DNA of 64,000 nt, from contig DDJQ01000105.1 of NCBI GenBank assembly GCA_002339125.1, forward strand, positions 127 through 64,126. The letters run 5' to 3'. Each line of letters opens with the position of its first letter. The stretch's first letter is position 1. Below the pieces are notes generated by a model. That model ran no database searches. It was not told where the DNA came from and saw nothing but the letters and a program-made list of their open reading frames with translations. A program made the position numbers and the translations under genes. Shown here in pieces: positions 25,023 through 35,084 of this stretch. The stretch comes from Alteromonadaceae bacterium UBA2620. GTDB taxonomy: Bacteria; Pseudomonadota; Gammaproteobacteria; Enterobacterales; Alteromonadaceae.

Positions 25023-26618
25023 ATGACCAGCAAAGCCCTACTTACTCCTACCGTAATTAAGGACAACTACACGCCCATCCTTGGTATCCCCATCGATAAT
25101 CTGGATCTTGAGGAAACCACAGATGCCATTTTTGCCCTGTTGCAACAATATCCCCTGACTCAACGAGCGGGTTTTGTTGCCACCGTGAATGTCGATTTCC
25201 TGGTTAATGCCCATGCCTGGCTACCAGGGCAGTTACCCCGGCACCCGGAACTGCTCGATATTTTACGCAACGCCGACATCGTTACTGCCGATGGCATGCC
25301 GCTAGTGTGGCTTAGCCGGCTGCTGGGTAAATCTCTTAAACAGCGGGTCACCGGAGCTGACCTGGTGCCGGCACTGTGTAAGCGCGCGGCCAAAGAAAAC
25401 GCCTCTGTGTATTTACTGGGCGGGCGCGAGGAAATTGCGATCCAGGCTGCACAGAAGCTTCAGACCCAAAATCCCGGCCTTAACATAGCTGGCGTCAGCT
25501 CTCCCTTTGTGACCACAGAAGGCATTAATATCGACGATGAAGCCCAGGACCAGCTGGTTGTTGATGCGATTAACCAGGCAAAGCCCGACATTCTGTTTAT
25601 TGGCTTTGGCAATCCAAAACAGGAAATCTGGTTTCAGCGCAATAAACATAAGCTTCAGGTGCCGGTGTCTCTGGGAGTAGGCGGTACATTTGAATTTATC
25701 GTTGGCTCGGTGAGTCGGGCGCCGGTCTGGATGCAGCGCAGCGGTCTGGAATGGTTTTACCGTATAACGCAGGATCCTAAACGGCTCATCGGGCGTTATC
25801 TTACCGGCATTGCGAAACTCGGTGTAATGGCCGTGCCCATGCTGCTAAACAGCCGTATTGTTTTGCGCCAGGCACCGGGCAAGGATAATACCATTGCCGC
25901 TACGCAGGATAGCGATCACCCTATTGCCTATCCGGATATCTGCGCACTGAGTGCAGACCATTACAACCTTATTTGCTTACCGCAACACATTGATCGCTCC
26001 TGGGTACAGCGCAACGCTATTTTTATAGCCCAGATGCTCGACCAACAGCGTCCTCTGTTACTGGATTTCGCAGACGTCGAATACTTTGAACCCTGCACAG
26101 AGCACCTGTTCCTGCAGATGTTTCGCCACACCACTAATAACCATCAGCAAGTCTATATTGCCGGACTTAACCACCCACAACTTATCAGGCAGCTTAAGTC
26201 TTTCCGGGTTTATGACATGTTCCGTTTCAAGGTGTTTTCCTCTTTCGAGAAAATCCTGTTTTTGCTGGGTGATGAACAGGAAACCAGCTCTGTGCAATAC
26301 CAGAGTCGTGGCGGTATTTTCCATATTACCTTAACCGGAAGTGTGGAGGCGGATAGCGGTAATCTGCTGGACATTGAGACAATCACTAACACCGCTAAGG
26401 GAAGACCTTTATTGGTAAACTTCTCCAGAGTCAGCGCTATCGACAACCGCGGCCTGGCACTACTGGCCAAACTCAATAAACTGTGTGGTGATAAGCACCA
26501 ACAAATGCTGTTATTGGGCGTTAATGCCGGTATTCAACAGCGCTTCCAGGCGGCCGGCTTATTAAACGCCTTTAGCTTTGCCGAAACCCACGAGCAGGCT
26601 ATGTATTTACTGCGCTAA
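25023..26618 (+). CDS. WecB/TagA/CpsF-family (GT26) glycosyltransferase fused to two C-terminal STAS-like domains
   Basis: The GT26 core covers about aa 1-275 (VATVNVDF, TADGMPLVW, FGNPKQE.W, GVGGTFEF..G...RAP.WMQ..GLEW.YR). The C-terminal part contains LLVNFSRVSAIDNRGLALLAKLNKL...LLGVNAGIQQRF.AAGL, which is STAS-like with Asn in place of the phospho-Ser. Confidence 0.8.
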   Translation: MTSKALLTPTVIKDNYTPILGIPIDNLDLEETTDAIFALLQQYPLTQRAGFVATVNVDFLVNAHAWLPGQLPRHPELLDILRNADIVTADGMPLVWLSRLLGKSLKQRVTGADLVPALCKRAAKENASVYLLGGREEIAIQAAQKLQTQNPGLNIAGVSSPFVTTEGINIDDEAQDQLVVDAINQAKPDILFIGFGNPKQEIWFQRNKHKLQVPVSLGVGGTFEFIVGSVSRAPVWMQRSGLEWFYRITQDPKRLIGRYLTGIAKLGVMAVPMLLNSRIVLRQAPGKDNTIAATQDSDHPIAYPDICALSADHYNLICLPQHIDRSWVQRNAIFIAQMLDQQRPLLLDFADVEYFEPCTEHLFLQMFRHTTNNHQQVYIAGLNHPQLIRQLKSFRVYDMFRFKVFSSFEKILFLLGDEQETSSVQYQSRGGIFHITLTGSVEADSGNLLDIETITNTAKGRPLLVNFSRVSAIDNRGLALLAKLNKLCGDKHQQMLLLGVNAGIQQRFQAAGLLNAFSFAETHEQAMYLLR

Positions 26619-26638
26619 TCATGGTATCACCGGTGCGC

Positions 26639-29416
26639 TTAGCGCACCGGGGTAGCCTGTTCCGCACAATCCACCGCAGACTCATTCATTTCATCAAGCA
26701 CCTGCTGCGTTACCCGCAAGGAATCTTCGGTAATTCCCTCAAACAAGCCGACCAGAAAGGCAACTTCATCAGCCTTACCGGTAGCACATAAACTCTCAAT
26801 CGCTTTGGAGACTTCGTGCAGGCGCATATTGGCATGCGAGGCTGAAGAGCTCTTAATACTGTGCGCAGCAAATTCAATTTTTTCCAGATCACCCTGCTCA
26901 TTAGCCGCCAAAATCGTGTCGGCAATTTTGCGGGTTTCGCTGAGATACACTTCCAGTAATCTTGGCACAACTTCACGACTGGTATCGTAAATCAGTCGGT
27001 TGAGTACTTCATGGTCAAACAGCTTGTAACAATCAAACTCTTTACTCTCAACTACCGGTGTAACAACCGGACGTTCCACATTTAAACTACTTTGTGGTGA
27101 CATTTCAGCGGTCTCTTCCTGGTTAATGGGTACGCCAAGGCACCACTTGTTTATTTTTTCGAACAGGCATTTTTTAGTACAGGGTTTGCTCAGGTGATCG
27201 CGCATTCCTGATGCCAGAAAACGATTAATCTCGTTTTCCATGGAATGCGCAGTGAGCGCAACAATGGGGGTTTCGGCATTTAAGCCGCCAGCGCCGATAA
27301 TTTGCTGAGTCGCCGCAATACCATCCATTTCGGGCATCGAAATATCCATCAGAATGACATCAAACTGTTGCTCCTGACAAAGGTCACAGGCCTGCTTGCC
27401 ATTTTCGGCAAACACCAGTTGGATATCTTCTCTGATAAGCTGATTTTCTGCGATCAACCGGTTCGACTCGTTGTCTTCTGCCACCAGAACGCGACAGCCT
27501 TTAGGTAAGTGTAAATTGTCGTGTTTACTGACAGTGCGTAATGCGGCAATTTCGTCATCAGAGCAGTAGTTCAGCCGAATACTAAAGGAGAATTGCGCGC
27601 CTCCGCCGGAGCGATTGTTGCGGGCCGTAATGTGCCCTGACATTTTCTTAACCAGATTTTTGCAAATACTCAGACCTAATCCAGCCCCCGACCGCTGCCT
27701 GGAGGACGAATTGTCAGCCATGCTGAACTCGTCAAATAGTTGATCCTTAAAGGACTCGTCTATACCAATACCGCTATCGGTAACATCGCAAAGCAATTCA
27801 AAGGTTTCGTTATTGTGAGAAACCGCCGACAGCGAAATAGCAATACTGCCTTTATCGGTAAATTTAATCGCATTGTCTATCAGGTTGATAAGGATCTGAC
27901 GGATGCGCGTAAAGTCTCCGCAGATGTGCGCCGGCAACGCTGGTGAAACCTGGAACTGCAACGCAAGATTTTTCTCACTCGCTGCGGTTTGCATGATTCC
28001 GCGGGTACTGTCGATTAAGGATGCAGTACAAAACGGCTTTGGTGAAATCGTAAAGGTTCCGGCATTCATTCTGGACAAGTCCAGAATGCTGTTAATAATT
28101 TCCATTAACTGCGTGCCCGATGACATAGCCAGATGAATCAGCTTAAGTTGCTCCGGGTGAACATTATCTTCTTCCAGTAACTCAAGGATCCCCAGAACCG
28201 CATTCATCGGGGTACGAATTTCGTGACTCATAGTGGCCAGAAAACGCCCTTTGGCCTCACTGGCCTGCTCAGCCAGCACTCTGGCCTCTTTTAACTTGTT
28301 CACGTATTCCCTGCGCTCGCTGATGTCATTGAGCTCACAAACGTAAAGGTTTTCTTTTGCCTGTTCGCCTTTAATAACCGACGCATGGGCGTGGGCAGGA
28401 AAGTGACTATCATCGGCTTTAACAATGGTAACTTCTTTTGCCCAGTCACCCTTTGCATCCAGCGCATTCCACATCTGTTCCCTCACAGACTTGTCTTCAT
28501 CGTAGAACAGCCGCGTTGCCTTGAAGTTTTCCGGTAAGCCCTCATCAAAGCCCAGCGTAGATAAAAAAGCAGCATTAGCCTTAACGATTTTGGCTTCATG
28601 ATCGGCCACAAACATAGGAATATTAATGTTAAACACGCAACTGGCCAGCAGCGAGTCCATTTGCAAGCGCTTTTGTTCGGTGATGTCTCGGATAAACGCC
28701 GCAAAAAACACATCATTACCATTTTCTACCGTACAAATCGCTATTTCTATATTAAATTCATGGCCCTGCTTATGCAGGGCTACCAGCTCAATGCGCCGGT
28801 TAAGCAATTTGCTTTCTTTATTTTTATCAAACCGCCCCATGGCCGAATTGTGCATATGCCGGTAACGTTCAGGAATAATGGTGTCGCTAAGCTGTTTGCC
28901 GAGAATCTCTGCTTTCTGCCAGCCAAAAATTGCCTCGGCGTGAGTGTTAAAATCAATAATCTCACCGTCACTATTAGCGGTAACAATGGCATCGAGTGAT
29001 GAGTTCAGCAGCGCCCTGGACTTGGCTTCGCTGGAGGTATTGATCTCCAGAAGCTGCTTGTTTTGCTGACGGTTATACTCAGAAGTTTCACGACTCTCGC
29101 GTAATTGGTTTAGCACATCGTTATAACGCTCAACCAACAGGTCAGTGCGGGCATCGCCCACTTTGCTCAGCGGATGCAATCCCTCGATTCCGACACCAGA
29201 GAACTGTTCGTTAATTTTCTGCAGAGGCGAAAAACGGAGATAGCGGTAAACAAAAAATAAGGCCAAATTCATGGCCGCAGCAATCAAGCCCATTAACAAT
29301 AACCCGGTAAAATCCGTAGTTCCTCCTGTCATGGGTACAATCCAGGCCAGTAACGCCATGAAAACAACCAGGTTGAACAAAAATAGCGGGACTTTTATTT
29401 TGAATAAAGAAGACAC
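26639..29416 (-). CDS. Hybrid sensor histidine kinase (2 TM, PAS x2, HisKA, HATPase_c, REC, Hpt; SypF-like)
   Basis: H-box SHEIRTPMN, G-boxes DSGIGI and GAGLGLSI, REC domain VLVAEDNESNR..DVILMDISMPEMDG, and a C-terminal Hpt domain HSIKSSSASH. Confidence 0.9.
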   Translation of the reverse strand: MSSLFKIKVPLFLFNLVVFMALLAWIVPMTGGTTDFTGLLLMGLIAAAMNLALFFVYRYLRFSPLQKINEQFSGVGIEGLHPLSKVGDARTDLLVERYNDVLNQLRESRETSEYNRQQNKQLLEINTSSEAKSRALLNSSLDAIVTANSDGEIIDFNTHAEAIFGWQKAEILGKQLSDTIIPERYRHMHNSAMGRFDKNKESKLLNRRIELVALHKQGHEFNIEIAICTVENGNDVFFAAFIRDITEQKRLQMDSLLASCVFNINIPMFVADHEAKIVKANAAFLSTLGFDEGLPENFKATRLFYDEDKSVREQMWNALDAKGDWAKEVTIVKADDSHFPAHAHASVIKGEQAKENLYVCELNDISERREYVNKLKEARVLAEQASEAKGRFLATMSHEIRTPMNAVLGILELLEEDNVHPEQLKLIHLAMSSGTQLMEIINSILDLSRMNAGTFTISPKPFCTASLIDSTRGIMQTAASEKNLALQFQVSPALPAHICGDFTRIRQILINLIDNAIKFTDKGSIAISLSAVSHNNETFELLCDVTDSGIGIDESFKDQLFDEFSMADNSSSRQRSGAGLGLSICKNLVKKMSGHITARNNRSGGGAQFSFSIRLNYCSDDEIAALRTVSKHDNLHLPKGCRVLVAEDNESNRLIAENQLIREDIQLVFAENGKQACDLCQEQQFDVILMDISMPEMDGIAATQQIIGAGGLNAETPIVALTAHSMENEINRFLASGMRDHLSKPCTKKCLFEKINKWCLGVPINQEETAEMSPQSSLNVERPVVTPVVESKEFDCYKLFDHEVLNRLIYDTSREVVPRLLEVYLSETRKIADTILAANEQGDLEKIEFAAHSIKSSSASHANMRLHEVSKAIESLCATGKADEVAFLVGLFEGITEDSLRVTQQVLDEMNESAVDCAEQATPVR

Positions 29417-29627
29417 AGGCGGTCACTCCCAAACAACGAGAAGTATCCGGCGGTTGCCGGCATTGTCTATTAAGCGTAGTAGGGGAATGCCAAATCACCC
29501 ATTATCAAATAGGTTAATTTTTCATCCGAGGCAAAAGATATCAGCTATGATAGTAGTTGCAGAGCACAAACCTGTAAAAACACCCACCTCAAGGGGAAAG
29601 GCTATACAAGCATAGATAAGTATAAAA

Positions 29628-30101
29628 CTAGCCTTCGTAGCTAATCCGGTTGATATACCAGACTCTGATGCCTTCGGGTGTTTTTACATCTACCTGATCA
29701 TCTTCTTCTTTTTTTAGCAGCGCTCGTGCCATCGGTGAATCGATGGAGATATAGTCTTTACGATCGTAAATCTCATCCGGCCCGACAATGCGAAAGGTCT
29801 TGGTGTCACCATCGTCATTTTCAATTTCTACCCAGGCACCAAAGAACACCCGGCCGGCCTGCTCCGGCGCAAAATCCACCACTTTGAGAATTTCCAGGCG
29901 CTTTCTTAAAAACCGGATCCGGGAATCGATTTTACGCAACAAACGCTTGTTTTCCTTATAATCGGCGTTTTCTGACCGATCGCCCAGGCTGGCAGCCCAG
30001 GTAACCTTGGCCGTAATTTCCGGCCGGTACTCACGCCACAGATAATTCAGTTCGTTACGCAGTTTGTCATACCCTTCCCGGGTCACCAGGTTTGTACGCA
30101 A
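29628..30101 (-). CDS. greB: Transcription elongation factor GreB
   Basis: Near-identity of motif blocks to E. coli GreB (LVTREGY.KL..EL.YLWRE.RPE.T.KV.WAASLGDRSENADY, FFGAWVEIENDDG, ISIDSPMARALLKK). A TTG start at 30101 gives the canonical length. The ORF track extends to 30149. Confidence 0.9.
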   Translation of the reverse strand: MRTNLVTREGYDKLRNELNYLWREYRPEITAKVTWAASLGDRSENADYKENKRLLRKIDSRIRFLRKRLEILKVVDFAPEQAGRVFFGAWVEIENDDGDTKTFRIVGPDEIYDRKDYISIDSPMARALLKKEEDDQVDVKTPEGIRVWYINRISYEG

Positions 30102-30349
30102 TTTGCCAGACCCTTTAAAATTGATGCTAAAAGTAAATTGTATCGGCAATTAACTATGCCAGCCAGGGATTATCTCTGTCACCGGTTTGCAGCCCAAAAT
30201 GAGGTTAGCAAACCCATATGACACGGCGGGTAGAGGTGCTATACTCTGGACCCATTAAAAGCGTGGGTAACGCTTACCGATTGCAAATCAATAGTAGGTA
30301 GGAAGGGACACTTCCAATCATTAAATTCACTACCGCCTGAATCTCATAC

Positions 30350-32683
30350 ATGATGATAATTAATACCATTGCCAACGAACTCGCCGTTAAACCTGCTCAG
30401 GTCGAAGCGGCTGTAAAACTGCTCGACGAAGGTTCAACCGTACCTTTTATCGCCCGTTACCGTAAAGAAGTCACCCAGGGACTGGATGATACCCAGTTAC
30501 GTAACCTGGAACAGCGGTTAGGTTATTTACGTGAATTAGAAGACCGCCGCCAGGTGATTTTAAAATCTATCGGTGAGCAGGAAAAACTCACGCCTGAACT
30601 GCAGCAACAAATTCTTGCTGCCGACAACAAGACCACGCTGGAAGACTTATATCTGCCGTATAAACCGCGTCGTCGCACCAAGGGGCAAATTGCGATTGAA
30701 GCAGGCCTCGAGCCGCTGGCCGATGCGCTGTTTGCTGATCCAACTCTGACTCCGGAAACCGTGGCTGCAGAATATATCAGTGCTGAAAACGGCGTGGCAG
30801 ATACCAAGGCAGCGCTGGAAGGCGCGCGTTATATCCTGATGGAGCGGTTTGCCGAAGACGCCGGCTTACTGGCGAAGATTCGTCGTTATCTCAACGAAAA
30901 TGCCCACATTCGCAGTCGTGTTGTGGAAGGCCAGGAAAAAGCAGCGGTGAAATACAGTGATTACTTCGACCACTCAGAAAAACTTGCCTCTGTGCCTTCG
31001 CACCGTGCCCTGGCAATGTTTCGTGGCCGTAACGAAAACATGCTGCACATTCAGATGGTCGCCGATCCTGGTCAGGAAGACTCGCCGGCTCAGGCCTCCC
31101 ATTGCGAGCAAATTATTGCTGAGCATTTTGAACTGCGTAATCAGGGTCGACCTGCCGATGCATGGCTCGCTCAGGTAGTTACCTGGACCTGGAAAATCAA
31201 AATTGGCCTGCACATGGAAACCGAACTGTTTGGCCAGCTTCGCGAAAAAGCCGAAGAAGAAGCCATTAACGTGTTTGCCAAAAACCTTAACGACCTGCTG
31301 ATGGCTGCCCCAGCCGGTGCGAAAGTCACCATGGGTCTGGATCCGGGTCTGCGTACCGGGGTTAAGGTCGCCATTGTAGATAATACCGGTAAGGTGGTTG
31401 GCACCACAACCATCTTCCCTCACGCACCGCAAAATCAGTGGGATAAATCCCAGCGCACCCTGGCGAATCTGTGCAAACAGCACAAGGTAGAGCTGATCAG
31501 CATCGGTAACGGCACCGGCTCGCGGGAAACCGACAAGCTGGTAGGTGAAATGCTCAAAGCCAACAGCGAGCTGCAGGCCCAGAAAATTATGGTCAGCGAA
31601 GCCGGCGCGTCGGTTTATTCTGCTTCCGAGCTAGCCTCAAAAGAGCTGCCGGGTCTGGATGTATCATTACGCGGCGCAGTGTCTATTGCCCGTCGCTTGC
31701 AGGATCCGCTGGCAGAACTGGTAAAAATTGAGCCAAAAGCCATTGGTGTAGGTCAGTATCAGCATGATGTCAGTCAGAGTTTACTTGGCAAGTCGCTGGA
31801 CCAGGTGATTGAAGACTGTGTTAACGCCGTTGGCGTTGATTTAAATACCGCTTCGCCGGCCTTGCTCAGCTATGTATCCGGATTAAACAAAACCCTTGCG
31901 CACAACATTGTTAGCTACCGTGATACCCATGGTGCCTTTGCCCGTCGTCAGGATTTAAAATCTGTAGAACGTTTGGGGCCCAAAGCCTTCGAACAGGCCG
32001 CAGGATTCCTGCGCATCGTGGATGGTTCTAACCCGCTGGACAGCTCAGCGGTGCATCCGGAAGCCTACCCGGTAATAGATAGCATTGTGAGTCGCACCGA
32101 TGTGGCGGTAAATGACCTTATTGGTAATACCGACTTACTGCGTAAGCTTAATCCGGAAGATTTTGTCAGTGACAACTTTGGTATTCCAACTGTTAAGGAC
32201 ATTCTTAAAGAGCTGGATAAACCTGGCCGGGATCCGCGTCCGGAGTTTAAAACCGCCGCCTTTAAAGAGGGCGTGGAAACCATGGCAGATCTTAAGCCAG
32301 GCATGATCCTCGAGGGCGTTGTCAGTAACGTAGCCAACTTTGGTGCCTTTGTGGATGTAGGGGTTCATCAGGACGGTCTGGTGCACATTTCAGCACTGAC
32401 CAATAAGTTTATCTCCGATCCACGTGAGGTAGTGAAAGCCGGTGATATCGTTAAGGTAAAAGTGCTGGAAGTCGATGTAGATCGCAAACGCATCTCGTTT
32501 ACCATGCGTCTGGATGACACCCCGGCTCCGCAAAGTAAAGGGCCGAAGGGGAGTGGCAAACCGCAAAACAAAGGCGGCAGTAACCGCAATCAGAAAGGCC
32601 AGCAAGGACGCCAGAGTGCACCTGCTAATGCAGCAATGGGTAATGCGTTCGCCGATGCTTTTGCCAAAGCAAAGAAAAACTGA
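30350..32683 (+). CDS. tex: Transcription accessory protein Tex (YhgF), S1 RNA-binding domain
   Basis: [37 protein letters not shown], YqgF/HhH regions and a C-terminal S1 domain. greB-tex synteny as in E. coli. Confidence 0.95.
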   Translation: MMIINTIANELAVKPAQVEAAVKLLDEGSTVPFIARYRKEVTQGLDDTQLRNLEQRLGYLRELEDRRQVILKSIGEQEKLTPELQQQILAADNKTTLEDLYLPYKPRRRTKGQIAIEAGLEPLADALFADPTLTPETVAAEYISAENGVADTKAALEGARYILMERFAEDAGLLAKIRRYLNENAHIRSRVVEGQEKAAVKYSDYFDHSEKLASVPSHRALAMFRGRNENMLHIQMVADPGQEDSPAQASHCEQIIAEHFELRNQGRPADAWLAQVVTWTWKIKIGLHMETELFGQLREKAEEEAINVFAKNLNDLLMAAPAGAKVTMGLDPGLRTGVKVAIVDNTGKVVGTTTIFPHAPQNQWDKSQRTLANLCKQHKVELISIGNGTGSRETDKLVGEMLKANSELQAQKIMVSEAGASVYSASELASKELPGLDVSLRGAVSIARRLQDPLAELVKIEPKAIGVGQYQHDVSQSLLGKSLDQVIEDCVNAVGVDLNTASPALLSYVSGLNKTLAHNIVSYRDTHGAFARRQDLKSVERLGPKAFEQAAGFLRIVDGSNPLDSSAVHPEAYPVIDSIVSRTDVAVNDLIGNTDLLRKLNPEDFVSDNFGIPTVKDILKELDKPGRDPRPEFKTAAFKEGVETMADLKPGMILEGVVSNVANFGAFVDVGVHQDGLVHISALTNKFISDPREVVKAGDIVKVKVLEVDVDRKRISFTMRLDDTPAPQSKGPKGSGKPQNKGGSNRNQKGQQGRQSAPANAAMGNAFADAFAKAKKN

Positions 32684-32703
32684 TTAAACAGCTCAGCTAA
32701 CTA

Positions 32704-32738
32704 AAAAAGCCCCGCTCGCAAGAGACGGGGCTTTTTTG
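32704..32738. terminator. Bidirectional rho-independent terminator
   Basis: AAAAAAGCCCCG-loop-CGGGGCTTTTTT between convergent genes. Confidence 0.75.
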
Positions 32739-32751
32739 TATATCTGCTCGT

Positions 32752-33684
32752 TTACGCCGAGGCGCTGAAACCACCTTCAAAAGGCACTGCGACATTTTTA
32801 TAAAATGAGGCAATCACGGTATTTCGTTGCTGCATTTGCTCACTGTCTATTTGCAGCGAGCGACGGCCACTGCTTTGCTGACTGTACCTGTCTTCGTCGG
32901 CGGCCAGCTCGTCGAGTTTACGGGTTGGAATTTGCGGCTGATTATTCGCAACAATTTCTTCCAGCGTAGGGACTTCAGATGCTACTCGCGAGGGAGAATC
33001 GCCTTCTTCCGGGCTCACTGCCGACGCTTCTTTGCGCTCTTCGGCCAGTTTACTGCGTGCTTCAAATGCTATGCGCGAAGCTTCTGCGGCAACCTGTAAA
33101 TCCTGCGGTGATGGCTCAGCGGGCGCCAGCGCAGCGGCACGAACCTGCTGCATTTTGCGAATAGTTTGCTGCGGTGTATTTTCGGTAGAAACATCAATAG
33201 ACACCTCTCCGTCAATAGCGTAACGCTGGCCGTCCGGACCGCGTTGAAAATCATACTGAGGCGAACCGGCGTACTGACCACCAATGGTGGCGTGAGCCTG
33301 TTCGTGGGTGCGCACTTCCTGATCGCGCTCTTTCATTGATTCAACCTGACGCTGTTCGGCCTGCTCCTGCTGGCGCTCCCGGGCGTCTTCTTTGCCGGCA
33401 CTTTCTTCGCTGGCATCGTTGAACTGTTGTTGACTGTCGCCGGTTACCTGCGCCGCGCTACCCTGATTCGACTGTGGTCGTTCATAGGTGAGCGGCTGAT
33501 TGCCTTTAACCGAAGATTTTAATTTGTCTGATTCGGAGCCCAGGCCCTGTTCAGCACTGCCTTGTTTGGCATCTGATGGCTGGGGAATGGACTCACGGGC
33601 AAGATTATCACGCCGGGCCGCTTCCACGCTGAGATTAGCAGTTGGAATGGCAAAGGACGTTGGGATGGGCGTGACAATATTCAT
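32752..33684 (-). CDS. SprA-related putative metalloprotease family protein
   Basis: HEQAH motif followed by GGQYAGSPQYDFQRGPDGQRYAIDGEVSID. The N-terminal half is low-complexity and rich in Q/E/S. Confidence 0.6.
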   Translation of the reverse strand: MNIVTPIPTSFAIPTANLSVEAARRDNLARESIPQPSDAKQGSAEQGLGSESDKLKSSVKGNQPLTYERPQSNQGSAAQVTGDSQQQFNDASEESAGKEDARERQQEQAEQRQVESMKERDQEVRTHEQAHATIGGQYAGSPQYDFQRGPDGQRYAIDGEVSIDVSTENTPQQTIRKMQQVRAAALAPAEPSPQDLQVAAEASRIAFEARSKLAEERKEASAVSPEEGDSPSRVASEVPTLEEIVANNQPQIPTRKLDELAADEDRYSQQSSGRRSLQIDSEQMQQRNTVIASFYKNVAVPFEGGFSASA

Positions 33685-33700
33685 AACGGGTTACCTGCGA

Positions 33701-34027
33701 TCAGGCAATCGTGTCGATGATGCGGCCAACCGTATCGTTAGCAACATCTATAACCTTGGCCGACGCCAGGGCATTATTGGTATACATCTGCATCGACAGT
33801 AAATCAGATGTCATGCTGTCGCCGCCGGATGGCAGCAAATCAGATGTGGTGGACAAACTGCGCAACGAAGCATCGGCCAGAAAATTGCCGGTACCATTTT
33901 GCGCCACGTCCTGCTGGGCCGTCCGCTGTGCAATGTTCATCGCTGACTGGGTCATACCCTCAAACGACTGTTGCAAACCGAACTGACCAGCAACTATCGC
34001 AGAATTTACGTTGTTGCTTATCACCAT
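33701..34027 (-). CDS. Hypothetical 108-aa protein
   Basis: Coding-like composition, 16 bp upstream of the SprA-like gene. No recognised motif. Confidence 0.4.
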   Translation of the reverse strand: MVISNNVNSAIVAGQFGLQQSFEGMTQSAMNIAQRTAQQDVAQNGTGNFLADASLRSLSTTSDLLPSGGDSMTSDLLSMQMYTNNALASAKVIDVANDTVGRIIDTIA

Positions 34028-34232
34028 ACACTACCTCTACACTCTCATGTTCAATTATTAACCAAAACGGTTAAAAAATAAAGTCTGAGTTAGGCACAGG
34101 CGTGGTGTTAAATCGTTACACAAGCCAGTCATGGCGGGCGATTTTGCGTATGAGGCATTGATCAAGTCAGCAATTCAATTACCGCAAAGCAGCCCCACTC
34201 AGGTGCAGTACTTTGCGGTACGGCATCACAGG

Positions 34233-35048
34233 CTAGCTGTAATAACGGTCAATGCGGGTCAGGTTATTGATGAAATTCAACAGGATATCGGCGGTCTGTT
34301 GCGGATGAGAAATAAACGGCGCATGGGCAGCATGGGGCATTACCACGGTATCCGCACCGGGATGCAGTTCGTGAATACGGTCGATGCTACTGGTAGGAAC
34401 CAGGCTATCCAGGCGACCATACAAACGCAGCGTAGGTTGATTTATCCGCCCAATCATACTTCGCAGATCCACTGTTTCCAGCAAGGAAAGGCCGGCAGCC
34501 AGTGCGACTTCGGCAGGTGAGGGCAAAGCGCCCAGTTGCTGGCGTATAGTTTTTACATCCTGCCTGGCGGATGCACTACCCATAGCCTGAATAGCTAAAA
34601 AACGATCCAGGGTTTTCTCGTAATCTCGCGCCAGCTGGCGCTGAAAACCACTCAGCACTTCTGGCTCAATGCCTTTCCAGCAACCGTTAGAGATAAAACA
34701 GGGACTGGAAGCCAGGGTAATTAAACCGGCAATCTTATCCGGGTAAGACAGCGCCAGCTGTTGCGCTACTAAACCACCTAGCGACCAACCTGCTACCACA
34801 GAGCCCTCGGGAACGGATTCATTAACCAATGCCGTAATGGTATCGAGTGAGTAGTCTTCCGGCAGTTTGTCGCTATTCATGCCAAAGCCTGGCAAACAAA
34901 TGCGAATCACTTCAAGATCGGCGGTCAGAAACGGTAAAAACTCACTAAAAACGGCGCTGTTCATGCCCCAGCCATGGAGCAAAACCAACGTCCTTCCCGA
35001 TCCCTGAGACAGGCTTTTTAATACTGTATTAGTGTTATTGTCACCCAC
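34233..35048 (-). CDS. bioH: Pimeloyl-ACP methyl ester carboxylesterase BioH (alpha/beta hydrolase)
   Basis: LVLLHGWGMN and the nucleophile elbow GWSLGG. bioH-comF-nfuA synteny supports the call. GTG start. Confidence 0.8.
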   Translation of the reverse strand: MGDNNTNTVLKSLSQGSGRTLVLLHGWGMNSAVFSEFLPFLTADLEVIRICLPGFGMNSDKLPEDYSLDTITALVNESVPEGSVVAGWSLGGLVAQQLALSYPDKIAGLITLASSPCFISNGCWKGIEPEVLSGFQRQLARDYEKTLDRFLAIQAMGSASARQDVKTIRQQLGALPSPAEVALAAGLSLLETVDLRSMIGRINQPTLRLYGRLDSLVPTSSIDRIHELHPGADTVVMPHAAHAPFISHPQQTADILLNFINNLTRIDRYYS

Positions 35049-35084
35049 GTAATCACTTCCTGACAGAACGTAGCAAAAGTTTAC

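Noticed and set aside
34131-34520. 129-aa plus-strand ORF overlapping bioH
   Set aside because: It is antisense to a gene with a clear alpha/beta-hydrolase nucleophile elbow, and it has no independent support.
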